A stretch of 64,000 nucleotides of DNA, from positions 32,001 to 96,000 of the forward strand of contig CAXXWX010000027.1 in the NCBI GenBank assembly GCA_963675745.2, read 5' to 3'. Below, piece by piece: positions 59,412 to 64,000 of this stretch. A model generated the notes under the pieces. It searched no databases and had not been told where the DNA came from. It saw only the letters and a program-made list of their open reading frames with translations. Position 1 is the stretch's first letter. Every line of letters starts with the position of its first letter. The DNA is from Phycisphaerae bacterium (GTDB lineage Bacteria > Planctomycetota > Phycisphaerae > UBA1845 > Fen-1342). A program made the position numbers and the translations under genes.

Positions 59412-60140
59412 TTACGCCGTGCCGTCCGGAACGGCCAGGCCGCGCACGCGCATGGCCGCGATGATCACCGCAACAGCGTCATCGACACTGTAGTTCCTCA
59501 GGCTGATGATCAGGTCATGGCGCGCCGGGTCGCCGGCCGACACGCCGAATTGATTACGGATGTACTCTTCGCGGTCCCCCTGGATACGGTTAATCTCGTC
59601 TTCCGCCCGCTCGGGTGAGCACTGCGCGCGGGCGGCAACGTTGCGCACACATTGCTCGCGCGGGGCGATAATCCGCACACGCAGGCCGCGAGTTGCCGGG
59701 AGTATCAGATCGGCTCCGCGCCCGAGAAACACGGCCGGTCCCTGTCGCGCGATCGCCAGCACCGCCTCCGACAAACGATGGAAGTAGTCGTGGCGCGGCA
59801 TCTTGCCGTGGAGAATCCAGCGCAACGCCTCCTCGATCCAGCTCGTGTCGCGCTCGTCCATGTGCTCGTAGAGGCGCTTGCGCACGGCATCGTCCCCGGC
59901 CATGCTCTGAAGAATCTCACGATCGAACACCGGCCAGCCCAGGCGGGCCGCCAGCGCTCTCGCAACGGCTCCCCCACCCGATCCCACAAGCCGCGAGACG
60001 GCGACGAAGTCCGCCACCTCGGGGGCCGGCTTGCCCGCGGCCGGCGCGACCTTCTGCGTGCGGGCCAGTTCCCAGTTGCGCATCTGGCGCTCAACAACTT
60101 TGGCCAGTTCACCGCGATTGCCAGCGTGGCCGGTAGCCAT
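59412..60140 (-). CDS. Cytidylate kinase-like family protein
   Basis: GGAGG RBS; VSRLVGSGG P-loop-like; FDREIL; VFLGRGA; DP..HDLII. Confidence 0.88.
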   Translation of the reverse strand: MATGHAGNRGELAKVVERQMRNWELARTQKVAPAAGKPAPEVADFVAVSRLVGSGGGAVARALAARLGWPVFDREILQSMAGDDAVRKRLYEHMDERDTSWIEEALRWILHGKMPRHDYFHRLSEAVLAIARQGPAVFLGRGADLILPATRGLRVRIIAPREQCVRNVAARAQCSPERAEDEINRIQGDREEYIRNQFGVSAGDPARHDLIISLRNYSVDDAVAVIIAAMRVRGLAVPDGTA

Positions 60141-60366
60141 GGGTCACCTCCGGGTGGGAGTATAGCGGGTCGCCATGAAAAGGGCAGCGTGCGCCGCGCG
60201 GACAGATCGGCGGATACCCCGGATCGCCGGCACGGTCGTGCCCTCCATGTGCCTGAGTCCACGCGCGCAAAACCGCCGCTTTGGGCAACAAAGCGGCGGC
60301 GCGCCGATTGTGGTGAATGGGGCAGCGGTCGCACGGGAGCCGGCGGCACGCCGCGGTAATCGCTGA

Positions 60367-61359
60367 TCAGGTGTACGTGTTCAGAGCTTTCATGTAGTTG
60401 GCACGTTCAAACGCGCCCGGCTCGGCGCAGGATTTCTGGCTCATGCTGCCCTTGAGCTGCTCGACCGATTCGTACTCGCGCTCGGTCATCCAGGCCTGCA
60501 TGTCGTTCAGCATGGTCGACATGTGCCCGACACCCTGGCGCAGCAAAATCGAAGCGACCTGGGCCACATCCGCACCAGCCATCAGCGCCTTCAGAACATC
60601 CGCCCCACTGCCGATCCCCGAGTTCGCCGCCAGGCTGGTCTGGTCAAGATTACCGTGCAGTATCGCTATCCAGCGCAACGGCAGGCGCAGCTCGTGCGGA
60701 CCACTGAGCACCAGGCTCGGCTCGACCTCGAGCGTCTCGAGATCGATATCCGGCTGATAGAACCGATTGAAGAGCACCAGTGCGTTCGCGCCGGCCGCTG
60801 ACAGCCGCCTGGCCATCGCCGCCAACGCGCTGAAGAAGGGGCTGAGCTTAACCGCCACCGGGATGGTGACCTCGCGCTTCACCGCCGTGAGGATGTCAAC
60901 GTAAACGCGATCCACGTCCTCCGCGAAAAGACGTTGGTTGGTGGCGATGAAATAGACGTTCAGCTCGAGCGCGTCGGCCCCGGCCTGCTGCATCAGCTTG
61001 GCATGTTCGACCCAGCCGCCCAGCGACACGCCGTTGAGACTGGCGATGATCGGAATGTCAACGGCTTCCTTGGCCTTGCGGATGTGCTCTATGTACTCGT
61101 CGGGCCCCTTGCGAAACTCGTCCGGCTCCGGGAAGTACGTAAGCGCTTCAGCAAAGCTGCCGGTGCCCTGCGTGAGATAGTGATCCAGCTCGTCGGCCTC
61201 GAAGCTGATCTGCTCCTCAAACAGAGAGTGCAGCACGACAGCCGCGGCACCGGCGTCCTCCATCTGCTTGATCGTGTCTATATCCGTTGAGAGCGGACTC
61301 GCCGCGGGCACAAGGGGATTCTTGAGCTTGAGCCCCATATATGTCGTCGAAAGGTCCAT
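60367..61359 (-). CDS. Dihydroorotate dehydrogenase-like flavoprotein
   Basis: DLSTTYMGLKLKNPL; SLFEEQI; PIIASLNG; ALELN; VKLSPFF; LFNRFYQPDID; FERANY. Confidence 0.92.
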   Translation of the reverse strand: MDLSTTYMGLKLKNPLVPAASPLSTDIDTIKQMEDAGAAAVVLHSLFEEQISFEADELDHYLTQGTGSFAEALTYFPEPDEFRKGPDEYIEHIRKAKEAVDIPIIASLNGVSLGGWVEHAKLMQQAGADALELNVYFIATNQRLFAEDVDRVYVDILTAVKREVTIPVAVKLSPFFSALAAMARRLSAAGANALVLFNRFYQPDIDLETLEVEPSLVLSGPHELRLPLRWIAILHGNLDQTSLAANSGIGSGADVLKALMAGADVAQVASILLRQGVGHMSTMLNDMQAWMTEREYESVEQLKGSMSQKSCAEPGAFERANYMKALNTYT

Positions 61360-61409
61360 CGGTCTCTAGCTTCCTTTCGTGCCTAGTGGGTCAGTGCTGC
61401 CCGGAAATC

Positions 61410-63998
61410 CTACTTACCGTTCGCATCACCGCCAAGATACGGCCGCGCCGCAAGGTGCTCGTAGAGCTCCCAGCGAGAAGTCACGTCGTTCTGGGCGGCT
61501 TCCAGAAGCCGTTTGGCCGCGTCAGGATTGCTCTTGGTCAGCATCTTGAAGCGATTCTGCCGATACGCGTATTCCTCATACCGCAGCGTCGGCCGCTTGC
61601 AGTCGAGTTTGAGCGGGTTTTTGCCTTGCTTGGCCAGATCCGGATTAAAGCGGAACAACGGGAAGTGCCCGCTCTCGACGGCCTGTTTGTGCGTCTGCAA
61701 CCCGGTTCGCATGTTGATACCGTGCGCGATGCAGTGGCTGTAGGCAATGATCAAGGATGGTCCCGCATACGCCTCCGCCTCGATCAACGCCTTGACGGTC
61801 TGCTGGTCGTTGGCCCCCATCGCAACCTGGGCCACGTAGACCGTGCCGTAGGCCATTGCCATCAGCGGCAGGTCTTTCTGGGCCTGCGGCTTGCCACCGG
61901 CCGCGAACTTGGCGACGGCGGCCCGCGGCGTGGCCTTGGACATCTGCCCGCCCGTGTTCGAATACACCTCCGTGTCAAGCACCAGAACGTTGACGTCCCG
62001 GCCCTGGGCCAGAACGTGATCGAGCCCGCCGTAGCCGATGTCATAGGCCCAGCCGTCCCCGCCGACGATCCACACGCTCTTTTTCACCAGAAAGTCTGCG
62101 ATTTCGCACAGGTGCTTGGCTTCTGGGCTGTCAACGCCGGCCAGCTTTTCGCGAAGTTGAACAACGCGCGCGCGTTGGGCGTCGATTTCCTCGTTGGTGG
62201 TCTGCGGCGAGTTGCACAGGGCAGCAGCCAGGTCGCCGCCGATCTGATCACCAAACCGCCCCACCAACTCGCAGGCGAATTCGCGTTGCTTGTCGATGGT
62301 CAGGCGATAACCGAAGCCGAACTCGGCGTTGTCCTCAAACAGCGAGTTACACCACGCCGGCCCCCGCCCCTCCTTATTGATCACCCATGGAGCCGTCGGC
62401 AGGTTTCCGCCATAGATCGATGAGCAACCGGTCGCGTTTGACATGATCGCCCGGTCGCCGAAAAGCTGGCTGACGAGCTTGACGTACGGGGTCTCGCCGC
62501 AACCCGCACAGGCCCCGGAGTACTCAAAGAGCGGCTGGAGAAACTGCGAACCCTTGACCGTTGCGATGTTAATCTTGCTGCGATCGGTCTCCGGCAGTTT
62601 GAGGAAGAAGTCGTAGTTGTTTCGTTCGCGCTCGCGGATCGGCGGCTGAAACTCCATGTTGATGGCGCGCAGCCGTGTTTCCTGCTTGTTCTTGGCGGGG
62701 CAGACTTCGATGCACGCGCCGCACCCGGTGCAGTCTTCGGGGGCCACCTGAATCGTCACCACCAGCCCGTCAAGGCCTTTGCCGATCGCCTTGCGGCTCT
62801 TGAAGGTCTCGGGCGCATCCTTCAGCTCACTCTCGTTGTAGAGCTTCATGCGGATCGCGGCGTGCGGACAGACCAGGGCACACTTGCCACACTGGATGCA
62901 GGTCTGCTCATCCCAGACCGGGATCTCGAGCGCGATGTTGCGCTTCTCCCACTGGGTCGTATTGGTCGGGAACGTACCATCGCACGAAAAGACGCTGGTC
63001 GGCAGGTCGTCGCCGCGAAAGGCGATCATCTCTCCAACCACCTTCTGTACGAATTCGGGCGCCTGTTCGGGTACGGCCGGGAGCATCTCCGCAGTGCTGG
63101 TCGCGGCGGCGGGCACGTCGATCGAGTACATGTTTCCGAGCGCCTGATCCACCGCGTTCCAGTTGCTCTTGACGACCGCCTCACCCTTACTCGAATAGGT
63201 CTTCTCGATCGCCTTCTTGATCTTTTCGATGGCCTCATCTCGTGGCAAGACACCCGAGATTGCGAAGAAGCACGTCTGCATGATCGTGTTGATCCGGGCG
63301 CCCATGCCGGTGCTCTTGGCCACGGCATAGCCATCGATCCCGTAGACCTTGAGTCTCTTGTCGATGATCTGCTGCTGCACCTTGCGCGGCAGCCGATCCC
63401 AGGTCTCTTCTTTCGGGAACGGGCTGTTGATCAGAAACACGGCGCCTTCGACGGCCGGCGCGAGCATGTCGAACTTCTCGATGAACGCCCAGTTGTGGCA
63501 GGCCACGAAATTGGCGCTGGTGATCAGGTATGAAGAGCGGATCGGCCGCGGACCGAAACGCAGGTGCGAGACGGTCATTGAGCCGGCCTTCTTCGAGTCG
63601 TAAACGAAGTAGCCCTGGGCGTAGTTATCCGTTCCCTCACCGATGATCTTGATCGAGTTCTTGTTCGCGCCGACCGTGCCGTCCGCACCCAACCCGTAGA
63701 ACAACCCGCGGACAACGTCGTCGCCTTCGGTAACCAGGCCGGGATCGCAGTCCAGGCTGGTGCCCGACACGTCGTCTTTAATCCCGACCGTGAAATACCG
63801 CTTGGGCCGGTCCTGCGCAAGGTTGTCAAAGACAGCTTTCACCATCGGCGGTGAAAACTCCTTGCTGGACAGACCGTAGCGGCCGCCGACGATCTTCGGC
63901 AGCTCGGGCATTCCCAGCGTGCCGTCGGCGTGCGCCAGGGCCAGCGCCGTAAACACGTCCTTGTAGAGCGGTTCCCCGTCGGCGCCCGGTTCCTTGGT
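61410..63998 (-). CDS. nifJ: Pyruvate:ferredoxin/flavodoxin oxidoreductase (5' end outside window)
   Basis: Frame open to the edge (TKEPGADGEPLYKDV); GGRYGLSSKEF; GLGADGTVGANKN; two 4Fe-4S motifs CIQCGKC...CP and CTGCGAC...CP; GACAGCGE; TPP motif GGDGWAYDIG. Confidence 0.97.
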   Translation of the reverse strand, partial: TKEPGADGEPLYKDVFTALALAHADGTLGMPELPKIVGGRYGLSSKEFSPPMVKAVFDNLAQDRPKRYFTVGIKDDVSGTSLDCDPGLVTEGDDVVRGLFYGLGADGTVGANKNSIKIIGEGTDNYAQGYFVYDSKKAGSMTVSHLRFGPRPIRSSYLITSANFVACHNWAFIEKFDMLAPAVEGAVFLINSPFPKEETWDRLPRKVQQQIIDKRLKVYGIDGYAVAKSTGMGARINTIMQTCFFAISGVLPRDEAIEKIKKAIEKTYSSKGEAVVKSNWNAVDQALGNMYSIDVPAAATSTAEMLPAVPEQAPEFVQKVVGEMIAFRGDDLPTSVFSCDGTFPTNTTQWEKRNIALEIPVWDEQTCIQCGKCALVCPHAAIRMKLYNESELKDAPETFKSRKAIGKGLDGLVVTIQVAPEDCTGCGACIEVCPAKNKQETRLRAINMEFQPPIRERERNNYDFFLKLPETDRSKINIATVKGSQFLQPLFEYSGACAGCGETPYVKLVSQLFGDRAIMSNATGCSSIYGGNLPTAPWVINKEGRGPAWCNSLFEDNAEFGFGYRLTIDKQREFACELVGRFGDQIGGDLAAALCNSPQTTNEEIDAQRARVVQLREKLAGVDSPEAKHLCEIADFLVKKSVWIVGGDGWAYDIGYGGLDHVLAQGRDVNVLVLDTEVYSNTGGQMSKATPRAAVAKFAAGGKPQAQKDLPLMAMAYGTVYVAQVAMGANDQQTVKALIEAEAYAGPSLIIAYSHCIAHGINMRTGLQTHKQAVESGHFPLFRFNPDLAKQGKNPLKLDCKRPTLRYEEYAYRQNRFKMLTKSNPDAAKRLLEAAQNDVTSRWELYEHLAARPYLGGDANGK

Positions 63999-64000
63999 GC

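Noticed and set aside
61341..62423. 360-aa + strand ORF
   Set aside because: Antisense shadow of PFOR

Overview
GC-rich bacterial chromosome segment. Gene content (long-form GreA, VWA/NHL/redoxin exported proteins, a dnaA not linked to dnaN) suggests a planctomycete, possibly Phycisphaerae; this is inference. 738-15224: one tightly coupled 11-gene signalling operon: FadL-type outer-membrane channel, two paralogous membrane PAS sensors with no output domain, H-NOX, H-NOBA histidine kinase, two REC-containing kinases, REC-HD-GYP, REC-HDOD, degenerate REC-HD and a REC protein. It ends next to tRNA-Tyr(GTA). Then: ndk, a Tat-exported Fe/Mn SOD, two GT-C glycosyltransferase paralogs (second frameshifted), a decayed IS1380 with CTAG duplication, a repeat lipoprotein, GH65, MBOAT plus LysM L,D-transpeptidase, xerD, two cation antiporters, long GreA, VWA/NHL/thioredoxin proteins, GNAT, dnaA with upstream DnaA boxes, two PP2C phosphatases, polA, a macro-domain protein and a GH63-like hydrolase. 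The window ends with an uncharacterised 3-gene membrane complex (DUF6754-like), two PilZ proteins and a PFOR/DHOD-like cluster cut by the edge. Best candidates for new biology: the FadL/H-NOX/c-di-GMP operon and the 54-58 kb membrane complex. There are three kinds of REP-like palindrome and no CRISPR. Several single-base frameshifts may be assembly errors.
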